A DNA stretch of 64,000 bases from an uncultured Candidatus Saccharibacteria bacterium (GCA_964483315.1 CAZAAL010000002.1:72689-136688), one strand, 5' to 3'; counted from the first letter of the stretch, positions 8,334-18,499 are shown. Numbers and translations: made by a program. The notes: generated from the sequence alone by a model not told the origin.

Positions 8334-9026
8334 ATGCCAAATATTTTAGCTCATGTTCACGTAGCCGAACAACTATATGGTTCTGGTGTCAGTGATGTAT
8401 TGCTTGCTAGTGCTATGCCTGATTTTTGGGGTATGCATGGAGATAAAAATTCTGAGAAGAAAGTCAAAGAGTATCTTTCGGATGAAAGTAGATCGGGCAT
8501 ATCGTATTATGGTTACCGAGCGCATAAAGACTTAGACATTGAGTATAATCAGGATCCAAATTACGTAAAAGTTACGTCGCCATTAACAAAAAATCTTATG
8601 CAAGTTGGGCTAGGATACAAGGCCAGTAGGCTAAGCGCTCATTTTATAGCCGATTTGATGCTCGATGGAGCATTGGCTGAAAGAGATACAGCCAGAAATT
8701 CGTATGAGTTTTTAGCATCTGAAGTTTTACTTGGCGAAACATTTCTTAAGCGTGAGTTTGTTTTGGATGGGTTAAGGGCGTATGTTAAGAGATATTTTTC
8801 AAGAGGCTATCCGAACTATTATGCTAACCCGCTTGCAGTTGCAACAATCACGCACGACCGTTTAGTTAGGACTGCACAATCAAAACACCCGGACAATCCA
8901 ACAAAGTATACTTTTCGCCCCGAACAGATTGAGACTGTAGCGGATGTCGTCGACCTACATACTGAGAGAGTTTATGACCTTACAACCAGAGCACTGCAAA
9001 GATCAATCAGAATCATCAAAGTTTAA
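8334..9026 (+). CDS. Hypothetical protein, possibly acyl carrier protein phosphodiesterase (AcpH)-like
   Basis: N-terminus MPNILAHVHVAE...LLASAMPDFWG resembles the AcpH start MNFLAHLHLA...LADF. The family call is weak. Confidence 0.35.
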   Translation: MPNILAHVHVAEQLYGSGVSDVLLASAMPDFWGMHGDKNSEKKVKEYLSDESRSGISYYGYRAHKDLDIEYNQDPNYVKVTSPLTKNLMQVGLGYKASRLSAHFIADLMLDGALAERDTARNSYEFLASEVLLGETFLKREFVLDGLRAYVKRYFSRGYPNYYANPLAVATITHDRLVRTAQSKHPDNPTKYTFRPEQIETVADVVDLHTERVYDLTTRALQRSIRIIKV

Positions 9027-9068
9027 CCAAATGCTTGCAGTGAGCTCAGTATTGGGTAGAATAGTTTA

Positions 9069-9266
9069 ATGAGTGAAGGTTTATCATTTGAAGAGGGCAG
9101 TCCAGACCCTGATGAGCGTGAGGCTCAACGATTCTTTGAATTGTTGCAATCAAGCGGTGACGAAGGCACAACTTTTGTGGGTGATGTAAATAATCCGATT
9201 GTACGTGAATTGTTCGAGACGGCTCGCTTAGCAGGATACATAATTAAGATTCCTGAGGATAACTAA
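9069..9266 (+). CDS. Hypothetical small acidic protein (65 aa)
   Basis: TAGAAT at 9057-9062 lies 6 nt upstream of the ATG. No motif recognised. Confidence 0.4.
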   Translation: MSEGLSFEEGSPDPDEREAQRFFELLQSSGDEGTTFVGDVNNPIVRELFETARLAGYIIKIPEDN

Positions 9267-9300
9267 AGAATGAGAATATTCCCCAGCAAGCAGTTAAAAA

Positions 9301-9498
9301 ATGAACCCAGAACATAATAATCCCGAGCCAGATCAAACGCCTGTTTTACCGGAATGGCACGAATCCAATGGTGAAAAAAGCCTTGCTGGGTTTTTATTGG
9401 GCGAGACGCTAGTGTTTGTTGCTAGCGTGCCAGCTTTGGCATATGTCGGACTAAAAAGTGTAATTTCTAAAGCCAGTAAGAACCCTAAACAACACTAG
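9301..9498 (+). CDS. Hypothetical small membrane protein (65 aa)
   Basis: One hydrophobic segment (LAGFLLGETLVFVASVPALAYVGL). Confidence 0.4.
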   Translation: MNPEHNNPEPDQTPVLPEWHESNGEKSLAGFLLGETLVFVASVPALAYVGLKSVISKASKNPKQH

Positions 9499-9534
9499 GA
9501 GTATAATAAGAACTATAAATAGGGGAGGTGCACT

Positions 9535-9954
9535 ATGGCAATTGATTTAACAGACTTTGGGGCAGACCCATGGGTAGTAGATGTTGAAGCGCTGACCGTT
9601 GAAAACGATAAATTTAGGGTTACCAAATGGACGGGCGAGCACCTGCAAATGACAGTAATGAGCATTCCGGTTGGCGGGCAAGTTGGCCTAGAAGCCCACG
9701 ACGGCATTGATCAATTTTTAAGAATCGAAAAGGGCAGTGCCAAAGTTATGATGGGCAAGACTAAGGATAATCTAGACCAAGAATGGGAGGCCGGTGCGGA
9801 TTTTGCCGTATTTGTACCTGCCGGAACATGGCATAACATTGTAAACACTGGGCAAGACGATTTAAAACTGTACTCAATTTATACACCACCCGAGCATGTC
9901 CACGGCACCGTCCACGAAACTTACGAAGAATCCGAAGCCAGCCACAATCATTAG
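9535..9954 (+). CDS. Cupin-domain protein
   Basis: Cupin motifs GGQVGLEAHDGIDQFLRIEKG and VFVPAGTWHNIVNTG. SD GGGGAGGTG upstream. Confidence 0.7.
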   Translation: MAIDLTDFGADPWVVDVEALTVENDKFRVTKWTGEHLQMTVMSIPVGGQVGLEAHDGIDQFLRIEKGSAKVMMGKTKDNLDQEWEAGADFAVFVPAGTWHNIVNTGQDDLKLYSIYTPPEHVHGTVHETYEESEASHNH

Positions 9955-10004
9955 TGTATGTAAATTTTCCGAATAAGATTTGGTATGGGGTATAATAAAA
10001 CCCT

Positions 10005-10811
10005 GTGAGTAAAATCATAATAAAAGCAGAAAAGGTTGTAAAAAGTTTTGGTAAGACCAAAGCTGTTGATGGTATTGATTTTGAAATTAAAGCCGGCGAA
10101 ATTTTTGCATTTTTAGGTCCAAACGGTGCTGGCAAATCTACCACCATTAAGATGCTAACTACCATGCTTAGGCCGACATCTGGCAAGCTGATCTTAAATG
10201 GACACGATGTTACTAAAAATCAATCCCAGGTGCGAAAATCGTTTGGTATTGTTTTTCAAGACCCCTCACTAGACGAAGAGTTAACCGCAAAAGAAAACCT
10301 TGAGCTGCACGCTGTTTTGTATCATGTTCCAAAAAATCAACAGGCTGATCGGATTGATGAATTGCTAAAGTTAGTTGGACTTTTTGATAGAAAAGATTCA
10401 TATATAAAAACCTTTTCTGGCGGTATGCGACGCCGGCTAGAGATTGCCCGCGGCCTTATGCATCACCCTAAAATTTTATTTTTAGACGAGCCGACACTAG
10501 GACTTGATACACAAACGCGCAACTTGCTATGGGACTATGTCCGAAAGCTGTCTAAGCACGAGGGTATGACAATCTTTTTTACTACTCATTATCTTGATGA
10601 GGCTGAAGAAGTTGCTGGCCGAATCGCAATTATTGACCACGGAAAAATTGTAGCAAGCGGAACAAGCAAAGAACTAGCTAAACAAACTGGCACCAATTCG
10701 CTAGAACAGGCGTATTTAAAACTAACCGGTGATAGTATTCGTGATGAATCAAGCGCTAGCAATGATGGTTTAAATATGCGTACCGCACTTAGGAACAGGA
10801 GCCTACGCTAA
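10005..10811 (+). CDS. ABC transporter ATP-binding protein (ABC-2/DrrA-like exporter)
   Basis: Walker A GPNGAGKST, signature FSGGMRRRL, Walker B ILFLDEPTLGLD. GTG start 8 nt after TATAAT (9991-9996). Confidence 0.9.
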   Translation: MSKIIIKAEKVVKSFGKTKAVDGIDFEIKAGEIFAFLGPNGAGKSTTIKMLTTMLRPTSGKLILNGHDVTKNQSQVRKSFGIVFQDPSLDEELTAKENLELHAVLYHVPKNQQADRIDELLKLVGLFDRKDSYIKTFSGGMRRRLEIARGLMHHPKILFLDEPTLGLDTQTRNLLWDYVRKLSKHEGMTIFFTTHYLDEAEEVAGRIAIIDHGKIVASGTSKELAKQTGTNSLEQAYLKLTGDSIRDESSASNDGLNMRTALRNRSLR

Positions 10812-11557
10812 TGCAAGTAGTACATGTGCTATGGCTTAGGCAAATGCGTCGTTTTACTAGAAGCCGATCAAGGATTTTAGGTTCTATTGGCCAGCCTATG
10901 CTATTTTTAGTTGCGCTTGGCTATGGACTTGGCGCTGTTTATGCAGCTGCTGGCCAGGATAATTATCTGGAATTTTTGGTACCGGGAGTAGTTGTTCAAA
11001 CAATCTTATTCAGTTCGATCTTTTGGGGTACATCAATTATATTTGATAGGCGATTTGGATTTTTATCGGAACTGTTAGTGGCACCGGTATCACGCTTAAG
11101 AATTTTACTAGGTAGTACCTTGGGTGGCGCAACAATCTCATTTATTTTAGCGACAATGTTGTTAATAATTGCCACTATTTTTGGATTTAGGCCATATGAC
11201 TGGATGCTGGTTCCCATTGCATTGTTAATTATGTTAGTTTTTTCTTTGGCGATGACGTTTTTTGGCGCTGGTATCGCCAGTATGGTTGAAGATTTTCAAG
11301 GGTTCCAGGCGATTACTAACTTTTTAGTTATGCCCCTGTTCTTTTTATCGAGTGCACTGTATCCGCTTGATACTGCTCCGAATGTTTTAAAATTTTTAGG
11401 TACCATAAATCCGATTAGCTATGCCGTTGATTTACTTAGGCATGCATTAATTGGGGCCGGTCATTTTGCGATTGCACTAGATGTAGCAGTATTGCTAGTA
11501 ACGCTTTGTGTTGGAATTGTTTTTGCGGTTAGTCGTTTTAACCGAATCCAAATGTAG
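10811..11557 (+). CDS. ABC-2 type transporter permease
   Basis: Six predicted TM segments. Its start overlaps the stop of the ATPase gene (TAATG). Confidence 0.8.
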   Translation: MQVVHVLWLRQMRRFTRSRSRILGSIGQPMLFLVALGYGLGAVYAAAGQDNYLEFLVPGVVVQTILFSSIFWGTSIIFDRRFGFLSELLVAPVSRLRILLGSTLGGATISFILATMLLIIATIFGFRPYDWMLVPIALLIMLVFSLAMTFFGAGIASMVEDFQGFQAITNFLVMPLFFLSSALYPLDTAPNVLKFLGTINPISYAVDLLRHALIGAGHFAIALDVAVLLVTLCVGIVFAVSRFNRIQM

Positions 11558-11570
11558 GTACAATTAGTTT

Positions 11571-12149
11571 ATGGCAAAAAATCAGGATAATGCATTAGGC
11601 GAGTCATTAGTTGCTGATTTTCAAACGGTGTTTTTGTCTGGGGTAGCAGTCGCGACCGCCAAATACGAAGCCGAGCGTTCTGAAGAGTCGGCCGTTAATT
11701 ATTTAGGCTCGATGAGCAGTAGCCAAATACTTAGCCCAAATGCCATACCTGAATATTCGCAAGATGCCGTTGCCAGAGCCAGCCTAGATGCCCATGTAAA
11801 AAAGGTTCAAGCTCAGCAAATGCAAAAGCTTAATGCTGATCAGCTGAATAACCTAATAGCTCAAGATCAAAAAACTTTTAAAGGTAAAAAGGTGCTAGTA
11901 GAGGTTTTGATACCCGAAAAACAACCAATTGAATCACTATGGTTTGATAAATATAAAGGCTACAAAAAAGGCCAGCTTAAAACTAAAAAGATTAGCGGAC
12001 TAATTGAAGACGTTCTACTGGATAAAAATGCCTTAATCTTAAAACCAAAGCTAGCAAAAGGTTTGTTAAATCCAGGACTTAAAAACTATATTGTTTATAT
12101 TACGGACGTTGAATCACTCCAACCAATGGTCAGGCTAACCATTACTTAA
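11571..12149 (+). CDS. Hypothetical protein (192 aa)
   Basis: TACAAT at 11559-11564 lies 6 nt upstream of the ATG. No motif recognised. Confidence 0.55.
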   Translation: MAKNQDNALGESLVADFQTVFLSGVAVATAKYEAERSEESAVNYLGSMSSSQILSPNAIPEYSQDAVARASLDAHVKKVQAQQMQKLNADQLNNLIAQDQKTFKGKKVLVEVLIPEKQPIESLWFDKYKGYKKGQLKTKKISGLIEDVLLDKNALILKPKLAKGLLNPGLKNYIVYITDVESLQPMVRLTIT

Positions 12150-12744
12150 GACATTGATTTTCGCCAGATAAATCGCCAAAACAGTTACCATTTTTATCTA
12201 AAATTACTACCTTATACACTGCGCTAAATTGTTTAAGAGTTTTGGTAATTGTTTCGCTGATCATAGCATCTTCACCTACACCGGCTGTTATAAGATCACG
12301 GCAGAACTTAACCGTTGCTTTACCTGTTGCCGATACCACCAAACTAAAGTCGGCTCCGGAGCAGTTTGAATCACCGCTAAACTTATTTTGAAGTGGCGAA
12401 AATAGTCCGTTAGCTGACTCTTCGCTGGTTGGCCCAGCAATTAATTGCTCAATTGCAAATGTTCCCATATCGATTCGCTCGGTTTTGCGATTAACAGATT
12501 GGGTGTAGGTAAAATCACTATAACTTTCTGGGTTTTTTGAAAAATTAATTCGAACGTCGTAAATATTTGTAGGCTTGCTATCATCTTTTGACGTATCTGG
12601 CTGGGGTTGCTCACTTTTTTGATTTTTTGCATCTGGCGTTATTTGAGGTGAGTTATTTGACTGCCCAAACGCATATATAAAAATACCTAGCAAAACGACT
12701 AGTGAAATACTAAATAGCAACAGATTTGATCGATTGCTTTTCAC
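12142..12744 (-). CDS. Secreted GerMN-like domain protein
   Basis: Signal anchor MKSNRSNLLLFSISLVVLLGIFIYAF. The segment IEQLIAGPTSEESANGLFSPL resembles the GerMN LL.GPT..E...G motif. Confidence 0.45.
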   Translation of the reverse strand: MKSNRSNLLLFSISLVVLLGIFIYAFGQSNNSPQITPDAKNQKSEQPQPDTSKDDSKPTNIYDVRINFSKNPESYSDFTYTQSVNRKTERIDMGTFAIEQLIAGPTSEESANGLFSPLQNKFSGDSNCSGADFSLVVSATGKATVKFCRDLITAGVGEDAMISETITKTLKQFSAVYKVVILDKNGNCFGDLSGENQCLK

Positions 12745-12849
12745 TACTTAATTATAACTCATGCGAAAAATCTATATATTGTGACGCAAATCACGGAAAC
12801 ATTATTTTTAACTTTATATACTAAGATTAACAAAGCATAAATACTATAC

Positions 12850-14196
12850 ATGGTTAACGAAAGTTTAAACGCAGCACGAGTTCTTATGGGCGATAGCCTA
12901 GGGTTCCATATTATCTTTGTGATGTTTGGACTAACTCTTCCTATACTGGTTAGTTGGTTTGAATTTATGGGCATTAGGCGCAAGGACAAACAATTGATAA
13001 ATTTAGCCAAGTTTTGGTCAAAGATTATGTCGTTACTTGTAATTGCCGGAGTTATATCGGGCACAATTATTGCGCTTCAGATGTCACTTGTTTGGCCAGG
13101 AATTTTAAAATTTGGTGGTGAAGTAATCGGTTATCCGTTTTTGTTTGAAACCTATGCGTTTTTGATTGAAGCAGTATTTTTAGCGCTCTACATGCTGACC
13201 TGGAATGCTAAGTGGGTTAGTAAATGGTTGCACTGGGTTTTTGGACTGTTTGTAATTATTGGTAGCACGATGAGCGCTTATGCGATAACTATGGTTAATG
13301 GTTGGATGAATTTGCCAGTTGGTTTTGAATATGTTGATGGCAAAATGGTTAATGTCGACTTGGCAGCAGTGATGTTTTCTAGAACTGGCCTTATTGAATT
13401 TGCGCATTCGATGCCCGGCTATTACTTAGCTTCGGCGCTATTTATTACAAGTATATATTTGTTTAAGATTTTATTTAGTAAGGCCCGCGAAAGATTATCG
13501 GACAAGCATCAGCTGGATTGGTTCATTGTTCAAAAATTGATGGTATTTGCTTTAATTATGTTTGTTTTTTCAGCCATAACAGCTGACATTACTGGAAAAT
13601 ACCTAGCAAAGTACGAACCCACAAAACTAGCAGCTATTGAGCTAAACTATCAAACTCGATCCAATGCACCGTTGCTGGTTGGTGGAGTCGCTGGCGAAGG
13701 CGATACTATTAAGGGTCCACATTTTGAAATCCCAGGTGCACTTAGCTTATTGGCGGGCAATTCCACAGATACCAAAGTTGTCGGGTTACGCGAATTTGAC
13801 CAAAGCGAGCTACCTCCGCTATATGTACATACTTTGTTTGACATTAAAATGACACTTATAACAGCCTTAGTTTTAGTGTTTATTGGCTATTTTGCAATCA
13901 GGCGTTGGCGTCCAAAACTGCAATCAAAAAGTTGGTTTATCTTGCCTATCGCGGTAGTTGGCCTAACTGGCATAGTTATAGTTGAGTTAGGGTGGATGTT
14001 AACCGAAATCGGCCGGCAACCATGGGCTGTGAGAGAGTATGTTACAACTGCCGAGGCACTAACAAAAACCCACGACATTACCAGTTTTGGGTACTTGTTC
14101 CCAATCGCATATCTTGGTTTATTTGTAGTTACACTTTTAGCGCTCATTAAGTTAATAAAAGTTAATTCGTCAAAAAATAAAGGCAAAACCAAATGA
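12850..14196 (+). CDS. cydA: Cytochrome bd-type quinol oxidase subunit I (short Q-loop form)
   Basis: The N-terminal block ARVLMGDSLGFHIIFVMFGLTLP, TKLAAIE and GWMLTEIGRQPWAV (GRQPW motif) match the CydA family. 448 aa. Confidence 0.85.
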   Translation: MVNESLNAARVLMGDSLGFHIIFVMFGLTLPILVSWFEFMGIRRKDKQLINLAKFWSKIMSLLVIAGVISGTIIALQMSLVWPGILKFGGEVIGYPFLFETYAFLIEAVFLALYMLTWNAKWVSKWLHWVFGLFVIIGSTMSAYAITMVNGWMNLPVGFEYVDGKMVNVDLAAVMFSRTGLIEFAHSMPGYYLASALFITSIYLFKILFSKARERLSDKHQLDWFIVQKLMVFALIMFVFSAITADITGKYLAKYEPTKLAAIELNYQTRSNAPLLVGGVAGEGDTIKGPHFEIPGALSLLAGNSTDTKVVGLREFDQSELPPLYVHTLFDIKMTLITALVLVFIGYFAIRRWRPKLQSKSWFILPIAVVGLTGIVIVELGWMLTEIGRQPWAVREYVTTAEALTKTHDITSFGYLFPIAYLGLFVVTLLALIKLIKVNSSKNKGKTK

Positions 14197-14711
14197 TAGT
14201 TGTCTATTTGCTATTTTTACTACCATTAATAATTTTTGTTTTGGCATTTTTGTATGAGACATTGCTTAGTTTTTTAAGGTTAAAGCGCAAAAAAGCCGGT
14301 AAGCAAGGGTATGTAAGCGCAACGTGGGAGGTTACCCATACGCTTTTGATCTTTACGGTAGTCGTATTATTAATGATGTTTTCGAATTCGATTGACGAAA
14401 TTGCTGATGCAATCTTTTTAAGTACCTTTATTGCCGCCTTGGCGCTTTGTGTTAGGGCAATTAGCTATATATACATATTTTACGTGCGTGACGCCAAGGC
14501 TAAAACTAACTGGGTAGATTGGACTTTTGCTTTAAGCCACGTAGTGGCGGCTCTATTCCTAGTTATTACAGTTATTGAAGCCCTTTGGTATCTAATAAAA
14601 AACCGACCCGAGGCAAACGAACAATTTTTGCCCCTATACTTGCCCGGATTATTCTTAGTCCTTGCCTTATGCGCTGTTCCTATTTTTGTGCTTTATAAAA
14701 CCAAAGATTAA
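14193..14711 (+). CDS. Small polytopic membrane protein translationally coupled to cydA (non-canonical subunit II candidate)
   Basis: ATGA overlap with the cydA stop. 172 aa with ~5 TM segments, about half the size of canonical CydB. Confidence 0.5.
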   Translation: MIVVYLLFLLPLIIFVLAFLYETLLSFLRLKRKKAGKQGYVSATWEVTHTLLIFTVVVLLMMFSNSIDEIADAIFLSTFIAALALCVRAISYIYIFYVRDAKAKTNWVDWTFALSHVVAALFLVITVIEALWYLIKNRPEANEQFLPLYLPGLFLVLALCAVPIFVLYKTKD

Positions 14712-15580
14712 ATTAGATATATTACAGCTAACTGGTCATCGGTTTTAAATTTGTTTACTTTGCCAATTTTAATTTCGTCCTTACCTTCGTAATACTCTAC
14801 TTTTTTTACGTGTCCGGAATTTAGAAGATTTTTTACTATATAGTCGCGCTCTTGGTTGGAATCTTTTGATACTGAATGCGCAATTTGAAAAGTAAAGCCC
14901 CTATATCCCAAACCGGTATCTTTAGTAGCTGCACCTAACCATATAAAAGCTTTATCAAGGTTTGGGGTTTGAGCGATATGCCAAATATCACCACGCACTA
15001 AAGAGTTATGAGTATCGACATAGGCCCAGAATCTTACATGGTGACGCTTTCGAGGGCTTTTACCGATAGGTTTTTGAAACCCCATGTCTTGTTTGCGTCC
15101 GAATAAATATAAACTGCTAAATGGAGCTTGGGGGTAATGCCGGTTTAATACAAAATCCCTAACAAGCTTAGAGCCACTTTTTATGTTTAGCTTATCGGCA
15201 ACGTACCATTTTTTTGATGCAAAGGCATCCACCATATTTTCAAGCGAGCCAACAATAATCATGTTTATTGGATCATGGGGTAGTCCCTCAGCAGTTTGAG
15301 TATAACGGGGAATTTTGCGCTTACCGCTCGACCAACTGTAAAATCGAACCGCAATCGGGAACATAATATAGGCTGCAACAAGGTATGTGGCTAAGATAGC
15401 TAGGATTTGATTAGCATTGTCACCAAAAAAAGGGTAGACCTTAAAAAAAGTTACATAAACAATACCAACAATAATGCTGAACGAAACTATTCTAATAATC
15501 GTGCGCTGAAAAAGGGTAGTTCCTGTAGGGTACATATAGCTTATTAATAGTTTAGTGCTATAAATCGTTTTGACCAACAT
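14708..15580 (-). CDS. Membrane protein with LssY C-terminal-like domain (tentative)
   Basis: N-terminal TM helices, then DPINMIIVGS...WYVADKL and RKRHHVRFW, which resemble LssY_C family motifs. Confidence 0.4.
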   Translation of the reverse strand: MLVKTIYSTKLLISYMYPTGTTLFQRTIIRIVSFSIIVGIVYVTFFKVYPFFGDNANQILAILATYLVAAYIMFPIAVRFYSWSSGKRKIPRYTQTAEGLPHDPINMIIVGSLENMVDAFASKKWYVADKLNIKSGSKLVRDFVLNRHYPQAPFSSLYLFGRKQDMGFQKPIGKSPRKRHHVRFWAYVDTHNSLVRGDIWHIAQTPNLDKAFIWLGAATKDTGLGYRGFTFQIAHSVSKDSNQERDYIVKNLLNSGHVKKVEYYEGKDEIKIGKVNKFKTDDQLAVIYLI

Positions 15581-15607
15581 GTATAATTAGTTTTGTTAAC
15601 AATTTAA

Positions 15608-15750
15608 TTTATCAAGAGTGCAACCAAGGGAACGAGCCCGACTTAAGTTGCCAGCAACCAGCCATAATCGGCCCGGTGCTAAATCTCGCCCGCAAAGGGA
15701 AAGATGAGCTAAGTTTCATATCCTTTCCTTGAGCGACGACGAAAGGATTT
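15608..15750 (+). promoter_or_regulatory. SAM-I (S-box) riboswitch with SD-sequestering expression platform
   Basis: TTTATCAAGAGTGCAACCAAGGGAACGAGCCCGA...GTTGCCAGCAACC...GGTGCTAAATCTCGCCCGCAAAGGGAAAGATGAG matches the SAM-I consensus blocks. ATCCTTTCC can pair either with GGGAAAGAT or with GAAAGGAT at the SD. It lies directly upstream of metK. Confidence 0.85.
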
Positions 15751-15754
15751 TTTT

Positions 15755-16714
15755 ATGTCAAAATACCGAAGTGCAGAAAGCGTAAGCCCAAAACATCCAG
15801 ATAAACTCTGCGACCAAATAAGCGATGCTATTCTTGATGCGTATTTAACGGGTGATAGTGCCTCAAGAGTCGCAGTTGAGACAGTCGGTAGTCATGGGCA
15901 AGTTTTTGTAACCGGCGAGGTGACTTCTAACGCTAGTGTAGATGTCGAATCAATTGTAAAAAGATTAGCCGGTGAGGTTGATTTAAAGGTGCACATTGTT
16001 AAACAGAGCCCAGAGATAGCCAACGGAGTTGACACTGGTGGAGCTGGTGATCAGGGCATCATGGTAGGTTATGCAACCAACGAGACGGCCGAACATTTAC
16101 CGCTCGAGACAGTCTTAGCAAGACGCCTTAACCAGTACATATACCAAACCTGGAGCTATGATGGCAAAACTCAAATTACAACTAAGGACGGCAAGATAGA
16201 GGCAGTTGTAGCCAGCTTTCAACATGCACCAAAAAATCAGTTAAATGATCTTGTCGCGCAGTGGTTGAGTGATAAGCCTAAGATTTCAAAACTAAAAATT
16301 CATATTAACCCCTCGGGTGATTGGCAGATGGGCGGATTTGATGCGGATGCCGGGTTGACTGGCCGTAAGTTAGTTGTCGATAATTATGGGCCATCTATTC
16401 CACTGGGCGGAGGTGCTTTTAGCGGTAAGGATCCATCAAAAGTAGATCGATCAGCAGCTTATATGGCCAGACGTGTCGCGGTAGATTATTTAAAAAAGCA
16501 TAGAGCCAAGAATGTTTATTGCTATCTAGCATACGCTATCGGTGTGGCCGAACCGGTAGAGGCAACAGCAATCATAGACGGCAAAACCCAAATTGTAAAA
16601 GATTATGATTTAACACCGCGGGGGATAATTGAGCACCTAGATTTACTAAAGCCCCAGTACGAACCTACGGCACGCTATGGGCATTTTGGCGAAGGTTTTA
16701 AATGGGATAGCTAA
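15755..16714 (+). CDS. metK: S-adenosylmethionine synthetase (compact 319-aa form)
   Basis: SESVSPKHPDKLCDQISDAILD, GAGDQGIMVGYA, GGGAFSGKDPSKVDRSAAYMAR. Confidence 0.9.
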   Translation: MSKYRSAESVSPKHPDKLCDQISDAILDAYLTGDSASRVAVETVGSHGQVFVTGEVTSNASVDVESIVKRLAGEVDLKVHIVKQSPEIANGVDTGGAGDQGIMVGYATNETAEHLPLETVLARRLNQYIYQTWSYDGKTQITTKDGKIEAVVASFQHAPKNQLNDLVAQWLSDKPKISKLKIHINPSGDWQMGGFDADAGLTGRKLVVDNYGPSIPLGGGAFSGKDPSKVDRSAAYMARRVAVDYLKKHRAKNVYCYLAYAIGVAEPVEATAIIDGKTQIVKDYDLTPRGIIEHLDLLKPQYEPTARYGHFGEGFKWDS

Positions 16715-16749
16715 GCCGGTATGAGATAATCTAATCAAAGGAGTAGTCT

Positions 16750-17373
16750 ATGACAAAAATAGGAATAATTGGATCGGGCGAGGTAGGTGTAAGATTAGCT
16801 AATGGTTTAAGCGACCTAGGCTACTCAGTTACAGTCGGCTCAAATACAAAGAAATCAATCGAAGGTTGGCAAGGTAAGGTTGCAACATTTGAACAGGTTG
16901 CCGAGTTAAATGATAATTTGATTTTGGCTGTAAAAGGTTCATCTGCTGAAGCAGTTGTAAAATCGTTAAGCGGTAAGCTGGCCAATAAGATAATTATTGA
17001 TACTACCAACCCTATTGAAGGGCCACCCACGGAAGGTGTACTTAACTACTTTACCGAGTTAGATTTATCATTAATGGAGCGCCTATCTAAGGTGGCTCCA
17101 AAGGCTAAGTTTGCAAAAGCCCTAAACAGCGTGGGTAATAACGTAATGTTTAAACCAGACTATAACGGCGTTAAAGCCACAATGTTTATTTGTGGTGAAG
17201 ACCAGGCAAAAAAATTTACTAACGAGATTTTGACTAAAATTGGCTGGGAGGTAGAAGACCTTGGAGGCTATAGATCAGCTAGATTGATTGAGCCACTTTG
17301 TGCTTTATGGTGTGTGATTGGCTTTAATGGCGGAGGTTGGAACCACGCATTTAAGCTTTTAAAAGCTAATTAA
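16750..17373 (+). CDS. NAD(P)-binding oxidoreductase (NADPH-dependent F420 reductase/NpdG-like family)
   Basis: Rossmann N-terminus KIGIIGSGEVGVRLANGLSDLGYSVTVGS. ~207 aa. SD AAGGAG upstream. Confidence 0.55.
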   Translation: MTKIGIIGSGEVGVRLANGLSDLGYSVTVGSNTKKSIEGWQGKVATFEQVAELNDNLILAVKGSSAEAVVKSLSGKLANKIIIDTTNPIEGPPTEGVLNYFTELDLSLMERLSKVAPKAKFAKALNSVGNNVMFKPDYNGVKATMFICGEDQAKKFTNEILTKIGWEVEDLGGYRSARLIEPLCALWCVIGFNGGGWNHAFKLLKAN

Positions 17374-17863
17374 TTAATGCGTGCGTGCTGCTACCAAATT
17401 CTGAAATTTTGTCTTGGATTTCAGCCAATTGGGCAACTGGGTTATCGATATCTTTTAAAACAATATCTTCCTCAACCTTTGGCATTGCCATGATAATGTC
17501 GCCGTAACCGTTTCTTTTACCCAAATAACCTTGTTCCATTGTTACTTTAACGATTGATTCGTATCGGTACATGGTTTTTGTACGACCGCCAAGCCGGGAG
17601 TTTGTAACGACAATTGCGTGTTTGCCAATGTAGTATTTAGTTGAGTTCCATTTAAGCGACAGAAGAATTGAATATAAAATCCAGGTACCGCCCAAAAAAA
17701 GAATTATAAGAACTTTTAAGGTGCTTTCGGTACTTGGCGCCCAACTTAAAATGATATTCAAAATTACAAACGAAAGCAGTATTACTAAGATTGTAAAAAT
17801 CCCGCTACTTAGAATAATTGACTGTAGTCCTTTTGGGCTTCTGGTAATCGGGATTGCTTCCAT
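17366..17863 (-). CDS. Membrane protein with bacterial PH (bPH_2/YdbS-like) domain
   Basis: Two N-terminal TM helices followed by YYIGKHAIVVTNSRLGGRT...YESIVKVTMEQGYLGKRNGYGDIIM. Confidence 0.45.
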   Translation of the reverse strand: MEAIPITRSPKGLQSIILSSGIFTILVILLSFVILNIILSWAPSTESTLKVLIILFLGGTWILYSILLSLKWNSTKYYIGKHAIVVTNSRLGGRTKTMYRYESIVKVTMEQGYLGKRNGYGDIIMAMPKVEEDIVLKDIDNPVAQLAEIQDKISEFGSSTHALIN

Positions 17864-17962
17864 ACGAAGATTTTATTATCTATCAAGTGTATTAGCAAAT
17901 GGCTTAACTTTGATTTAACACGATAAAGGAGTATTTTAAGAGCATAAGGTTTAAGGAGGGAT

Positions 17963-18439
17963 ATGAAAAACAGTAAAAATTTAGTGACCTACATTTTAGT
18001 GTTTGTGATTCTAGCCATGATTGGCTTGTTATTTTCATTCAAAAACGAGGTAGTAGTGGTTAGGACACCTGACATTTCGAATAACACGACTAGCGATGCT
18101 CTTTTGGACCAGGGTCCCTGGATGTGGCAGAAAGTAACTTACAATGATGGTAATAGTGTAACTGCCAATGACCCAGAAAATTTTATATTAGCTTTTGAAC
18201 CATCGAATCGGCTTAGCTCGACAACTGACTGTAACAACCTAGCGGGAGAGTATAGTGTGGATGGGCAAAACCTTTCAATCACCAACCTAGCTTCGACAAT
18301 GATGTATTGTGACAATTCACAAGAATCTACATACTCACAGATGCTACAAGATGTTAGCCAGTACCAAATTGCATCAGATGGGACTTTGGAGCTAAAGCTC
18401 AAGACAAATGGTGGGGTAGCGGTATTTACTAATTACTAA
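17963..18439 (+). CDS. META domain (HslJ-like) protein
   Basis: Signal anchor plus TDCNNLAGEYSVDGQNLSITNLASTMMYC, typical of META domains. SD AAGGAGGG upstream. Confidence 0.7.
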   Translation: MKNSKNLVTYILVFVILAMIGLLFSFKNEVVVVRTPDISNNTTSDALLDQGPWMWQKVTYNDGNSVTANDPENFILAFEPSNRLSSTTDCNNLAGEYSVDGQNLSITNLASTMMYCDNSQESTYSQMLQDVSQYQIASDGTLELKLKTNGGVAVFTNY

Positions 18440-18499
18440 AATCAAAAATAAATTTATGGTAAAGTATAGCTATAAACATTAGGGTTTTAGGGGGATAAT

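Noticed and set aside
12759-13064. 101-aa minus-strand ORF overlapping the cydA 5' end
   Set aside because: It overlaps a well-supported conserved gene and the probable cydA promoter, and has no motif or start signal.
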